DNA of 64,000 nucleotides from assembly GCA_030704615.1 (NCBI GenBank), contig CM060733.1, positions 4,898,001 to 4,962,000 on the forward strand. The letters are read 5' to 3'. Shown in pieces: positions 12,796-24,232 of this stretch. The DNA comes from Takakia lepidozioides (Eukaryota > Plantae > Bryophyta). A model generated the notes under the pieces. The model saw nothing but the letters and a program-made list of their open reading frames with translations, did not search any database and was not told where the DNA came from. Position 1 is the first letter of the stretch. Each line of letters opens with the position of its first letter. A program made the translations under genes and the position numbers.

Positions 12796-13283
12796 ATTTT
12801 GTGGATTAATGCACCTACACAACAATCTTTATCCAGCAGGGCTCGCATGTAACCATGCATTTGTTTAATAAGTTGTCTATTAAATTTTATTTTATTTTAA
12901 AAACAAACTACTAGAAGGTGCAAATCATATCCCTAATCAATGATCATCTACATTGTACGTGCTAAGTCAATTTGAAACCTAGCCTAAGCCTACAAGACAA
13001 TTGTTGGAGCTGCCAATCTCAAAGCAAAGGCCATGATTGTCGAATTAGGAGACTTGAGAGGTTGTTATACCCCAGACGAAGATTTACAGCGTGTTGCGAT
13101 AGTCCTCCATATTTTGCTTGGTTTTGTAAACAGGCCTAGGGGTGCACTGGCCAATCCTATACCAGTCACGTGCGTGCACAGAATGGTGTTTTTTAAATAC
13201 CCCCATATATGTTATACATACTTGAAGTTATTTTTAAGTATCTGAATATATACATAAGTTACATGTTTATTTTTCAATATGTG

Positions 13284-13360
13284 ACTATAGTGTAGTGGTA
13301 AGGCTTATCTTCACGAGGCGAGAGCATACGGATTCGTATCCAAGTACATGCAAGTTTTTT
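13284..13360 (+). pseudogene. tRNA-derived (Val-like) pseudogene or SINE head; inverted copy at ~21415-21492
   Basis: A box TAGTGTAGTGGT, B-box-like GGATTCGTATCC (GGGTTCGTATCC in copy 2) and a T6 run. The stems pair poorly, so it is not a functional tRNA. Confidence 0.55.
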
Positions 13361-15315
13361 GGTCACATGCACGACATGTTCTTGTCATTTTTAAAAATAT
13401 ACATAAATAAGGGGGTTTATTATATTATAAAAACACTTGAATATATACAGAAAGATATGATGATTTTTAGAATAAATAATTTATATAATTATTTTAGGGG
13501 TTTTTATAATTTAAAAAATATATGTATACATATGATAAAATTATGAAATTTTTTATATACAAGGATATTTTTAATTGGACGATGAACGCATGTTATACGT
13601 CAATTTTAGGAAGAGTGCATCCCTAGGTAGACATGTTAATTTTTCGTACCTATAAGACTTGTGGGGGAAGGTACTAGAGACGATCAATGAAGTAGGAAGA
13701 TAATCTTTCTCTTGAAGAGGAAATGGGCGATATGTTGGAGCCTCATGCAAAGTCCAAGAGATTGTTGAGGACCCAATTCCACCCATGGACCCATCTCCAC
13801 TCGAGTCAATTTAAGTGTCATTAAGATGTTTGTAAGAGATGGAGGAGATGGAGGATGTTTTATTGGGAAGGCGGGAAAACTGATGGCAGCACTGTGTTCA
13901 TGCGACAAATAAACCCATCCACATGATCTGCCCCTCCACGTGCGTTAGAGATAGAGGTCCCAAGACTCTGCTTATCGGATAGATCTTTTAATCCATTTGG
14001 CGGTTTTGGCCTTTGTTCCGATGTCACGTTGATTTCTTATCCCCCCTTACCCCACGCCTGCCAGGGGACTCTCTGGCTCTGTCTCTCTTTAGGACAAAGA
14101 AGCAATCGATCTCGTACTTTGGGTATCTCCTAGGCCTTTGTTTCTCTTGCAGGCTTTTGTCGCTCTCTTCATGGGCTCGTCCCTTCTTGGCTTGTTCTTT
14201 TGTCGAATCTGTGATCACTTGGATTCTGATCTACTGGCCAATTCAGGTCTGCAATTGTATATGTCTTCTTCACAACAAAGAAAAGTGAAGGCTGCAAATC
14301 TGAATCCAATAGCCATGTACCTCCAACGCTGTAACTTAATTGAACATGTTACGATCATGCTTTGTTGAATAGTCCACCTTCTGCCCAACAAGAATAATTC
14401 CATATGTGTTGAGTGCAGGATGACTTCCATAGTAGTGTTGTTTTATGTGGGCTATGTTGACAATGTCAGCAATACCTAAAGTCTGGTAGATGTGGGATAT
14501 TCCCTTATTAGCTTCTTGTTGCATTTGAAATACACATATGTACGAAAAGTTGATATGTAAATTGTACTGAATGCAACAACACGTCGTGTTAACAAGAGAC
14601 AGAAGATGTGCACCCATCAATAATGAACGTGGTTCATTTCCAATTATACATAGTCCCATCCTAAGAAGTAATTAGGACCGCTGAGTACAGTCCACTGTGG
14701 TGTATCCACGTTTGCTCCTATCAACTCTCTATTTGGAATTGTTGTGCTTGCTTTGTGATCAATTAAGAATACCTTTGCAGTTGGCAGCGGCGCTTGTGTT
14801 GGGAAGTATCTCTCTCTCCCTTCTTAAACCTAGCAATGATGCTTGTATGCTTCACTTCTCCTGAGCTATGCTGGAGGTGGCTTGCTGGTGGCGATGGCGC
14901 ACAGTTATCTTCCCCAATCGCTAAAGGTGCTTTTGTCCAGCATGGGTACAAAGCAGCACACAGGGTAGCAGCAAAACGCATACGCCATAACTCTCATCCC
15001 GCAAGCTTAGAAGCACGAGGTCCGATCAGAGCAATATTGAGTGTTGATACAAGTTGTCTGGCCACCATAAAAGCATAATGTCTACATACTTCATTCAACT
15101 ACCATGTCAAAATGCTATTTATTTCTGACAAATAGTGTTGACCACCCAAAGGTCCATTAGTTCAATGACTAAAGTACTTGGCATCAAACCCAAGTGCCAA
15201 TGAGAAGTGATGATATCTGAGAATAATTTTTTATTTTATTGAAAACATATTTTATGCAAAAAACAATAAGAACAATGTAAGAACTTGATGCAGACGTGCG
15301 ATTTGATGGTACTTG
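13285..15315 (-). repeat. Segmental duplication block A (inverted copy of ~19850-21490)
   Basis: Long reverse-complement identity, e.g. 13560-13920 vs 20790-21140, 14250-14765 vs 20240-20780 and 15025-15315 vs 19850-20150. Each copy has private indels. Confidence 0.9.
14336..14535 (-). pseudogene. Glutathionyl-hydroquinone reductase (GST Xi/ECM4-like) C-terminal fragment, copy 1
   Basis: FKCNKKLIREYP / IYQTLGIADIVNIAHIKQHYYGSHPALNTYGII..VDYSTKHDR, with a frameshifting deletion. Confidence 0.85.
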
Positions 15316-16059
15316 AGCGGTGTCTCTTCACCACAAGGCTTCTGATGATATTTAAAATGTGTGACGATGTTGATATTCATCTCATTTTCAATATGAATTT
15401 GTTTGATTTTATAGTAGTTATAATATATAAATAGATTTATATTTTTAACAATCCAAAATATAGACAAGAGACAAAAATCCAATCATAAGAGTTTTGACAT
15501 TTCATTAGCTTACCATTATCATATTTACATGTACTATCATAAAATATTGATAAATTGAAAAGTGCTTACCACGAAATCAAAGTAATGTTTGGAAGTGCTA
15601 TAACATTTATATTGAATATATGAATATGTAACTAAACTACGACTGAATTATAGTTATTCTTATAAGACATGTCTTTAAAACAATTGGAGATGTCTTTAAT
15701 GGATATATGGTTGAGGTCAAATTTGAGTTGGAAGTTTTGGCTGCGTGTGTGGATTCCAATTGGTGTGTTTGCTATCTACAACAAAATTTAAAAAATGCTT
15801 CTAAGATAATAGGGCTACGCCTTGATTCGCATTATTGGTGATGACTTATAAGAACAAAATTTTATTTTATTGAAAACATATTTTATGCAAAAATAATAAA
15901 AATAATGTAAGAACTTAATGCAGACATCGTGATTTGATGGTACTTTCGTCGGATTCAGGCACCCTGGGCTCCTTAAGCTTTGTTGAGAAAAATGGGTACT
16001 AGATTAATCAATTACTTAACCCTCCCATGTTGCCCTAGTTAAGACTATTAAAAGATTTT

Positions 16060-18070
16060 TATCATCCAAAGGAAAGGAAGTAGCTGTTCAGGATGCTGTC
16101 CAAGATGAAGTGACACCATAAGTTACGTATGCTTCGACAAGAAGTTTTTGGTTCAATATGTCTTTATATAAATTTTAAATTAAAAATACAACAGATCTTT
16201 TAAAAACTACATTTCGTCTAATCTTGAAATTATAAAATTTAAAAAACGTATTGAATCAATTGATGATATTGTTTATATTATGAAGATGAAGAAAACTCCG
16301 ACTAGAGTTGACGTAACAAAGAGCTAAATATTTAATTGTCTAAAATATAGATAAATAATAAAATAATAAGAATAAGAATTTTAATATTTCATTAGCTGTT
16401 ATTACTATTATTATTATTTATATGTACTATCTATAGATTAGTAATTTGAAACTTGCTAACCACAACACCAAAGGTTGAACTTCTAAGGGTTTCGAAAACT
16501 GGGTAAACCATTGATTTATGTTTGATGGTTTATCATAATTAATATGTAGAAATATTGTAACATTTACATTGAATGTGTGAAAATAAAATAAAAGAAGACA
16601 AAAATATTAGAGCACATTCGGCAAAAAGATTTTCAATTTGTTTTGTTTTTTTTTTTTTTTCTCCCCCTTGGGAAGCTTAATGACAACGATGATGTAGCGA
16701 CTATAACAATTTTCAAAATGCAGTTTTTTTTTCTCAGATAGCTTAACAAATGATGACGAGGACTTGGCTGAGGCATGCTAATGATGTGGCACTACGGCAG
16801 CCTATCCTTGCTCTACAGTAAAAGTAGTCTCCGACCTTCAATCGTCACTAGAATTACCAACAATATATGAAGGGCATAGATGCGAAGGATTGTTCTAACT
16901 ATATTGCTTACACTAAGAATCAAAGTGGTAGTGTAGACTAGTGTTTTTCTTTTGGCTTTGTTATATGACACTTGTGAAATTTTAATTCACCACTTTTCAA
17001 GATGCATAAAAATATATGCTTAGGCTACACCTCAAATTTTCTAGGTGAGACAAGGCATGCTCAATAGTATCCATTATATTATATTTTACTTAATAAGTTG
17101 TCTATTAAAATATATTTCATTTAAAAAACTAGTATTTACTCTCTTAAGACCTTCAAAGGTTTTTATCCGTGACTGCAGATTCTGCACCTTTAGTAACCTT
17201 TTTACTCATTCTGACAACAAATAAATCATACTTTTTTTTTAATGATGATAAATTTGTGCAAATTACGAAGGAGACTACATTCTCATTGTTTTTGCATTTT
17301 CATTTTTCTTGCACAGTTCAATGATTTTTCTCATGATCCACCCATCCATTTTTAATTGGTAGAAGGTGAAAAGAGCAAGGGATGATTCACTCACGAAAAG
17401 TTATGATCATTGTTGCAGATATTGGATTTATAAGTATCATGTATATATATTAAACTAAAGAGCTACATCCAATAGATGGCCAAAGGTTCAAAGACGTATA
17501 GGTGTATAAACACTTTTGATGCTCAAGCTACAACTGAAAATTTATCTTGTAACATATACACAAATGTATTTAATTCAGTGAAAAACAACTTTCAAGGCCA
17601 AACCCGCAAGTGACAAATCATACAACACAAGTTTGATGAAGAACCAGCTGACCACCTGAGAAGACTCAGGGTTGTCATACAACAAGAAACGCCACCATGA
17701 CGCTAATTAATTAGTGTTTCAATATATGGATAATCTCGATCAGACTTTTGTTTTGTACAGAGCCAATGAGGAAGAAACTCAATTTAGAGAATCCTTGCAA
17801 CTCTATATGCTTAATGAATAACTGATACACGTATATAGCTCGCTTATAACAACATATATAGCCAAAATGTTGTGAGTTGAGACAAATCGTTAATCTGAGA
17901 ATTGCAAGAAACATTATTGTGAATGCGGTCAATGAGCTGAAATATTGTATCATACAATGCCTTGACACCTCCTTGACCTTCCGATAGAACCATTGTATTG
18001 TTAAATAAATCACCACTTCCAAACGGAGAGGACCTTGGAGTAAGCACTTGTAAAAACCGACTTTGCATGA
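16060..18070 (+). repeat. Segmental duplication block B (direct copy at ~21962-25200)
   Basis: Colinear identity from CCAAAGGAAAG..GTGACACCATAAG through to GTAAAAACCGACTTTGCATG. The second copy has extra insertions at ~22810, 23522 and 24320. Confidence 0.9.
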
Positions 18071-18430
18071 GGGAGGGGTTCCTCTTAGCAACTTCAGAGG
18101 GACACGACAATCAAATGAAGGGTGCCTTGCAAGGGCTCCCTCCAAAGACCCTCCGAGTGGTCTTTAATGGTGCTCCCACCATCGACGCCAAGGATTTCTT
18201 GGCCAAGTGCACCTTCTTCAATGTTGATGAAGAGCATATCAACTTCTTCAGGAAGTGTGTGGCGTATCGGATGACCTACTCTGAGCGCACAAGACTTATG
18301 GTGTTCATCACGGGCGTAGAATGTTTTGGAGGTAAGCCAATTGCAATCGAGAAACTCCTTGCACACTCACATTCTAGCTGCCCATCAGCTACACTACAAC
18401 AACTGAACTTATTCTCTATACCCTGCAGGT
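17998..18430 (+). pseudogene. HECT-type E3 ubiquitin ligase C-terminal fragment (partial second copy at ~25130-25200)
   Basis: LPNGEDLGV..MREGF..LRVVFNGAPTID..INFF..MTYSERTRLMVFITG..CPSAT LQQLNL follows the HECT C-lobe pattern. The catalytic HTC motif is damaged. Confidence 0.7.
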
Positions 18431-19849
18431 GCACAACGAGGGTGTTTATATCTCATTCTTTCCTCCGACCCTATCTCTTTTCCCCCCGCATCCCTCCAGA
18501 CCATCCCCAGGATTGATTACTAAACACTTTTGTCCTACAGGCCTTTGAACCGTCCTTGATTTGGAATTTAAGGTGCGGTCTTGGACCACACCGGGGTCGA
18601 CTCCCTACAGGCACATCAATGGTCCCCTTGAGAACAATGATTGCCTCAACCGCTGACTGCAAAACCCAAAATATCAGAATATGGGAATACATCATGTGTT
18701 GAAATTTGCTGCTTCCGTCCCATGTGCAAACAACCATATTGCACTTGCTTAACATTGCAAAGTTCATGTTTAGAAAACTCCTCAAACAAACAGCATATGC
18801 CAAATTCAATGAGGGGGTGAAATTGCACTGTCCCTCCGAAGAAATTAAGACCAAATAAAGAGTAATGAAAGATCTGAATAGTTGCATTAACACTCATTGA
18901 AATTCTTAGATGTGTAAACAATGATCACAACGCTTCCACAAGGGACAGAGACCACCTGAATCCGATCTTCAGGTGTAGGCTCCCTGAGAAGTTGCTCAAT
19001 GGTGTCTGCAAGCCCAGGGCTAATGGTCACAAGATTCTGAAACTCCGCCTTTAAGCGCCTCTGTAATAAAAAATCACAATATTAGAATAGAACAGATACA
19101 GCTATGTACCTAAGTAGACAACACTGAAAAAAGTATGAAGGCTATAACATCTAAATTGTGTAAGTGCAAAACAACCATGTATTTCAGTTCTGTAGCAGGC
19201 CTGCAGTAAGCTGCATTGATGATTGGAGTGAACTTATTGACACACAAACTTTCCAAGATGAGGGATTTCCACACTCTTCCACATGTTTCTCTATCCTCTA
19301 CCTCCCCCTGTACAGTGACGAAGACACTTTGCTATGTATGCTGAACTACGCTACTTTGGATAGTAGCTACGGGCTGGCATAAATTCTATTTAGCAGCATC
19401 AAAAACTAGCATAACACTTGCACACATCTGATGATAGTTTGGTTACAGAGTGAGTGCTGATGTGCGACATTGACATTGTACAAAATTAATTTCAGCACTG
19501 CTGCTCGCCCCCTGCATCTGAACAAAAGTGATAAAGATAGTTGCGGTTGCACTGCTTGTCCCATTGCTAAAGAAGAAGGCAAAAGAGAGTGGTGGTCATC
19601 TCTTCTTAAGAATTGCAAAAACATACAAGAACAAAAAATCACTCAAAAGAAGAGCCTTACAAACATCACAACTTTAAGTCTTGTTCTGAGCTTGAGAATT
19701 CAGAGTATTGCACAGTACAGTACTAAAAGGCAAGATACATTGCTCCCACATATTAATTAGGGCAACATGGGAGGGTTAAGTAACTGATTGATCCAATATC
19801 TATTTTTCTCAACAAAGCTTAAGGAGCCCATGCTGCATGAATCCGACGA

Positions 19850-21490
19850 AGGTACCATCAAATCGCACGTTTGCATTAAGTTCTTACATTGTTCTTATTA
19901 TTTTTCGCATAAAATATGTTTTCAATAAAATAAGAAATTACTCTCATATGTCATCACTTCTCATTGACACTTGGGTTTGATGCAAAGCACTTTAGTCATT
20001 GAACTAATGGACCTTTGGGTGGTCAGCACTATCTGTCAGAAATAAATAGCATTTTGACATGGTAGTTGAATGAAGTATGTGGATATCAACTTTTGCGGTG
20101 GCCAGACAACGTGTATCAACAACACTCAATATTGCTCTGATTAGACCGTGAGTAGTGAATAATATTCATGGTAGAATTTTATAAGATAGAATATGCTTGC
20201 AAATCTGACTTTTGTATCATCAATATTGCAAGGGTATTCTCAATTGATCACAAAGCAAGCACAACAATTCCAACTAGAGAGTTGATAAGAGCAAATATGG
20301 ATACACCACAGTGCACTGTACTCCGTGATCCTAATTACTTCTTAGGATGGGACTACGTATGATTGGAAATGAGTCACGTTCATTGCTGATGGGTACATAT
20401 CTTTCTTGCTCTTGTCAACACGACGTGTTGTTGCACTCAGTACAATTTACATGTCAATTTTTCGTGCACATGTGTATTTCGAGTATTTCAAATGCAACAA
20501 GAAGCTAATAAGGGAATATCCCAATTTGTTCAATTATACCAAAGACATCTACCAAACTTCAGGTATTGCTGACAATGTCAACATAGCCCACATAAAACAA
20601 CACTATTATGGTTCTGCACTCAACACATGGAATTATTTTTGTTCGGCAGAAGGTGGGCTATTCAACAAAGCATGATCGTAACAGGTTCAATTAAGTTACA
20701 GCGTTGGAGGTGCATGACGATTGGATTAATATTTGCAGCATTCATTTTTCCTTGTTGTGAAGGAGATATGTACAACTGCAGATAGTTTGATGGGTTTATT
20801 TGTCGCATGAGCACCGTTGTTGCCAGTTTTCTCGCCTTCCCAATAGAACATCCTCCATCTCCTCCATCTCAAACATCTTAATGACACTTAAATTGGCTCA
20901 AGTGGAGATGGGTCCACGGGTGGAAATAGGTCCTCAACAATCTCTTGGACTTTGCATGAGGCTCGTATGAGCTCCAACATATCGCCCATTTCCTCTTCAA
21001 GTGAAAGATTATCTCCTACTGCATTGATCGTTTCCACAAGTCTTATAGGTACGAAAATTTAACCTGTCTACTTGGGGGATGCATTCTTCCTAAAATTAAC
21101 ATATAACATGTGTTCATCGTCTAATTAAAAATATCCTTGTATATAGATTTTTTTTTCATAATTTTATCATATGTGTACATATATTCTTTAAATTATTAAC
21201 ATCCCTAAAATAATTATATAAATAATTAATTTTAAAAATAATCATATCATTCTATATGTATTCAAGTATTTTTTATAATATAATAAACCCTCTTATTTAT
21301 GTATATTTTTAAACATGACAACAACATGTCGTGCAGGTGACCAAAAAACTTGTGTGAACCTGGATTCAAACCCGAGATGGCAGTTGCGTGCGTGCCCTGT
21401 ACGTGCATGTGACCAAAAAACTTACATGTACTTGGATACGAACCCACATGCTCTCGCCTCGTGAAGATAACCCTTACCACTACACTACAT
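19850..21490 (+). repeat. Segmental duplication block A' (inverted partner of 13285-15315)
   Basis: See block A. In addition, 19755-19935 matches the reverse complement of 15860-16043. Confidence 0.9.
20484..20694 (+). pseudogene. Glutathionyl-hydroquinone reductase (GST Xi/ECM4-like) C-terminal fragment, copy 2
   Basis: YFKCNKKLIREYPNLFNYTKDIYQTSGIADNVNIAHIKQHYYGS followed by frameshifts. No N-terminal exons were recognised. Confidence 0.87.
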
Positions 21491-22819
21491 TTACATCTTG
21501 GAAAATAACCCTGTAAATTACGTATATATTCATATACTTCAAAATAACATTCAAGAAAGAGAGATGACAAAAGATTGAAGGGCTGGTAGATGACAGAGGG
21601 CAAGAGAGCGGAAGCGAGAAGGTTAATGGCAGAGACATCTTCCTTACTATAGGACTTGGACCTCGGATGGAGGCCTTGGAAATGCATTAAAAACATGACA
21701 TGGGAAAAATAACCACACAATGGCATATATTTCATAAACTTGAAGCTTGTAATGAATCATCCTTGGAACCTAAATTCACTTCAACCCGGCCACTAAACAA
21801 GTGGCTGTAGATGATATTGTAAATTTTCTCTTCCACCTCTTCTTTCCACCGACCCTCGTCTAAAACAAAGTTCTTGAAACTCCATCCTAGCTCATCATAG
21901 AACTCATCACTCCCTAGGATAAGTACCATGTCTGTAGCATCCTTGTACGAAAGATGGTTACATTCCAAAGGAAAGCCAGTAGTTGTTTAGGATGCTCTTC
22001 AGGATGAAATGACACCATAAGTTACGTATGCTTCAACAAGAGTTTTTTTTAAACCTTTATTTCTTTCTTATCTGGTTCAATAACTCTTTCTATTACTTTT
22101 AATTAAAAAAAAATACAAACGATCTTTACAAATTTACGTTTCATGTAAATTTTGAAATTAAAATAAATTATAAAATTTAAAAATATATTGAATCAATTAA
22201 TGATATTTCTATTATGAAAATAAAAAAAACTCCGGCTAGAGTTGACGTAACTAAGAGCTAAATTTAATTATCTAAAAGGTAGACAAAAATAAAATAAAAA
22301 TAATATGAGAAATTTTGACATTTCATTAACTAATACTATTATTTTATTATTTCTATGTACTATTGTATAGATTAGTGATTTGATACATGCAAACAATAAA
22401 GGGTTGAACTTCCAAGGATTTGGTAATCTGTTTGATGGTTTTATCATAATTAAAATATTGAAATGTTGTAACACTTACATTGAATGTGTGAAAAAACAAA
22501 AGAAGGAAGGAAAATAATATTAGACCACATTCGACAAAAATATTTTCAAAACTCTGTTTTTTGTTTTCTTGGGCAGCTTAATGATGATGTGGTTGACGAT
22601 GACATGGCGACGATAACGATTTTCCAAATGCAGTTTTTTTTTGTTTTCTCAGATAGCTTAAAAAATGACGACGACGACGTGGCTGTGGCATGTTGATGAC
22701 ATGGCACTATGGCACCCTATCCCTGCTATACACTAAAACTAGTTTCTGACCTTCAGTCGTCACTAGAATTACCAACAATATATGAAGAGCACAGATGCGA
22801 AGGATCAACTTCGTTCCTA

Positions 22820-22987
22820 AAGTATGATGCCTTCCGAAGGGACCGTAACTTATGGTGTCACTTGACCACGAGCTAGTGCCTTCCAGCTGAAAAGTGGACA
22901 CCTTCATGACACACCAGACTGTGGTTTGAACCCACAACCACATCCAACGTGGTATGTGTCCATTACCACTCGGCTACATGCTGGTTG
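22820..22987 (-). mobile_element. tRNA-derived SINE
   Basis: On the minus strand: A box TAGCCGAGTGG, B box GGTTCAAACC, body and tail AAGTGACACCATAAGTTACG. Absent from the paralogous site near 16890. Possible TSD GTTCCTA (22813-22819, 22988-22994). Confidence 0.75.
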
Positions 22988-23521
22988 GTTCCTACTATAA
23001 TGCTTACACTAAAAATCAAAGTGGTGGTGTAGCCTAGTGTTTATCTTTTAGCTTTCTTATATGACACTTCTGATAAAATTTAATTCACCATTTTTCAAGA
23101 GGCATAAGATATGCTTAGACTACGCCTAAAATTTTCTAGGCAAGACAAGGCATGCTCAATAGTATCCATTTCATTTTATTTTATTTAACAAGTTGCATAT
23201 TAAAATATATTTCATTTAAAAAACTAGTCTTAAATCTCTTAAGACCTTCAGAGGTTTTTATCCTTGACTCTAATTCTGCACCTTTAGCAATCTTTTTACA
23301 ACAAATAAAGAGCGAATCATAATTTTTTTTTATGTTGCTAAATTTGTACAAATTACGAACGAGACTACATTCTCATTGTTTTTGCGTTGTCATTTTTCTT
23401 GCACACTTCAATGATTTTTCTCATGCTCACATAAGATCCACCCATCCATTTTTTATGGGTAGAAGGTGAAAGGAGCAGGGGAGGATTCACTCACGAAAAG
23501 TTATGATCATTGTTGCAGACA

Positions 23522-24232
23522 CAGTTAAACCTGTTTTTATTGTTACTTGCTTATGAGTAATTTCATTCTAAATATTATGGTTTTGATACTCTGCAAAGAA
23601 ATACACTAGAAACCATGTTAAGAATGTTAAATGGTTAATTGTTATTTTATCCTACTCTTTATAGTGTTAACACACCTCCATAGTAGTTTCATAAAGAGAC
23701 GTCCCAAAAATAGAGCATCCATTCACGCATTTTTTTTCCCCCTTGAAGTCACGAACTGGAAAGTGATGGCTCTTGTTAAAGGTTGCAACGGTGAGTTATG
23801 AGGATAGAATATAGTGTATGACGAGATTTAGGACATAGTGACTCTTGCAAGGAGATCGTCGAAGAACACGACGATGAAGAATCAGTTTTGCCACAACAAC
23901 CCATAGTGTCATTTTGTGGGGTTCAAGCTGCTATTGATACTTTACATTTATATCTTGCGCAGCAAAACGACGATACTAGTGCTTGTCATTTAGCAATCCA
24001 GAAGGAAGTGATTTTAGTTGGGCATTCTACTTGTCGACAAACCGACATTCTTTCATATTTTCAACCTACTGAATGAATAAATGTTATCTTTCGTTGACAT
24101 GGCCTGGTTTACCGTGCCACTTGTAAATGTTAATTTTTGAAAATTCGTCCTGCTTTATGGTTATCTGTGATACCTGGCTATATGTTAGAAAATTTATACT
24201 CTAGAGGCCTAACATTAAAGCAGGGTTGACTG
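23522..24232 (+). mobile_element. pogo/Tigger-like (Tc1-mariner superfamily) deletion derivative, 711 bp
   Basis: Imperfect TIRs CAGTTAAACCTG...CAGGGTTGACTG. Inserted at the TA of the empty paralogous site (GCAGA-TA-TTGG at ~17415). The internal remnant ends RQTDILSYF, like the PIP-box-type tail of pogo transposases. Confidence 0.8.

Noticed and set aside
13284-13360. Functional tRNA-Val
   Set aside because: A- and B-box-like motifs are present, but the acceptor and anticodon stems do not pair and the two copies diverge freely.
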